This document shows, piece after piece, positions 63,325 through 64,000 of a stretch of 64,000 nucleotides of DNA; positions within the stretch are counted from its first letter, which is position 1, and every line of letters begins with the position of its first letter. The translations under genes were made by a program, and so were the position numbers. Source of the DNA: Alphaproteobacteria bacterium (GTDB taxonomy: Bacteria; Pseudomonadota; Alphaproteobacteria; Bin95); contig OZ224045.1 of the NCBI GenBank assembly GCA_963665325.3, positions 384,001-448,000 of the forward strand, in the 5' to 3' direction. The notes below the pieces were generated by a model. That model saw only the letters and a list, made by a program, of their open reading frames with translations, was not told where the DNA came from and ran no database searches.

Positions 63325-64000
63325 ATATGGGAACCTTATGATTCTGGGAACCTGAGCCGCTGCGGGCGTTGATTATCAAGGGATTGGACGCGACTCAGGT
63401 TCCCATAAGAATGTGCTCTTCTCCTGCTGGTTTTGACCCTGGACAGGAGAATCAGCATGCCTTCCATGATCGCCAACGCGGCGTCGCCCGACGCGAGCGG
63501 TGACCCGGACCCGGGCATCGTCGAGGACTACAAGGCACGTTTGCGGGCCCTGGGATATTCCTCCGGCCTGACGGGCAAGTGCATCCGAACGATCCTGCAC
63601 CTCATCGCGTGGCTGTCAGCGAACGGGACCGGGATCGAGACGCTCGACATTCGCGTCCTGCATCGATTCCTGGAGCACGACTGTGCCTGTCCCGGTCCGC
63701 GCGGTTACCGCAAGAACCTCGCACGCGCCCGATGGCATCTGCACCGGTTTCTCGGCTTCCTCATGGAGACGGGACGCGTGCGGATGCCCGCGGAGATCGA
63801 GAGCGGCGGCGGCGTGGTGGAGTCGTTCCTTCAAACGCTCGCGGCACAGGGATATGTGCCCGAGTCGATCGCCGCCTACCGCAAGCGCTGTCGACACTTC
63901 ATCGTCTGGCTCTACCTGCACGATATCGCGCTCGCCGAGGTCGACGACGATGTCTTCTCCCGGTTCCTTGCCCACCACTGCACCTGTACCCACCCCCACT
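63325..64000 (+). mobile_element. Left end of a RIT-like tyrosine-recombinase element
   Basis: TGGGAACC direct repeats, a 12-bp inverted repeat (63345-63356 and 63394-63405), then a recombinase-like gene. Confidence 0.6.
63457..64000 (+). CDS. RitA-like recombinase N-terminus; runs off the right edge
   Basis: AGGAG RBS; open frame MPSMIANAASPD...LRALGYS...HLIAWL...FLEHDCAC, repeated as LAAQGYV...HFIVWL...FLAHHCTC. No catalytic domain in the window. Confidence 0.65.
   Translation, partial: MPSMIANAASPDASGDPDPGIVEDYKARLRALGYSSGLTGKCIRTILHLIAWLSANGTGIETLDIRVLHRFLEHDCACPGPRGYRKNLARARWHLHRFLGFLMETGRVRMPAEIESGGGVVESFLQTLAAQGYVPESIAAYRKRCRHFIVWLYLHDIALAEVDDDVFSRFLAHHCTCTHPH

Overview
GC-rich alphaproteobacterial chromosome segment, Rhodospirillales-like by gene order (taxonomy inferred). 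Positions 1-51.8 kb are mostly housekeeping and metabolic genes: chorismate mutase-hisC-tyrC, metF-like and dimethylglycine dehydrogenase-like, pfkA, purEK, rpsU, lptFG-surA-pdxA-rsmA without lptD, pepA-holC-ndk, comF, dusA, dapA-smpB, trpS-nth, a TPP-riboswitch-controlled ABC transporter, tRNA-Gly(GCC) and clpSA. Positions 51.8-64 kb are an accessory region: a DUF3883 protein, an IS66-type element with perfect 24-bp inverted ends carrying a DUF4338 gene, a truncated IS1380, an IS110 remnant, two HEPN-type genes, two lipoproteins, and a group II intron cut by a RIT-like tyrosine-recombinase element. The most unusual signal is an unannotated intergenic element present twice (about 15.13-15.89 kb on +, 27.86-28.33 kb on -). 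Each copy has an AT-rich promoter, a covarying hairpin, a conserved ~105-nt core, an RBS, a variable short ORF, and a CATGACA array with 10-bp period that places TGA stops in all three frames. All calls come from reading the sequence and recognising motifs; no searches were run.
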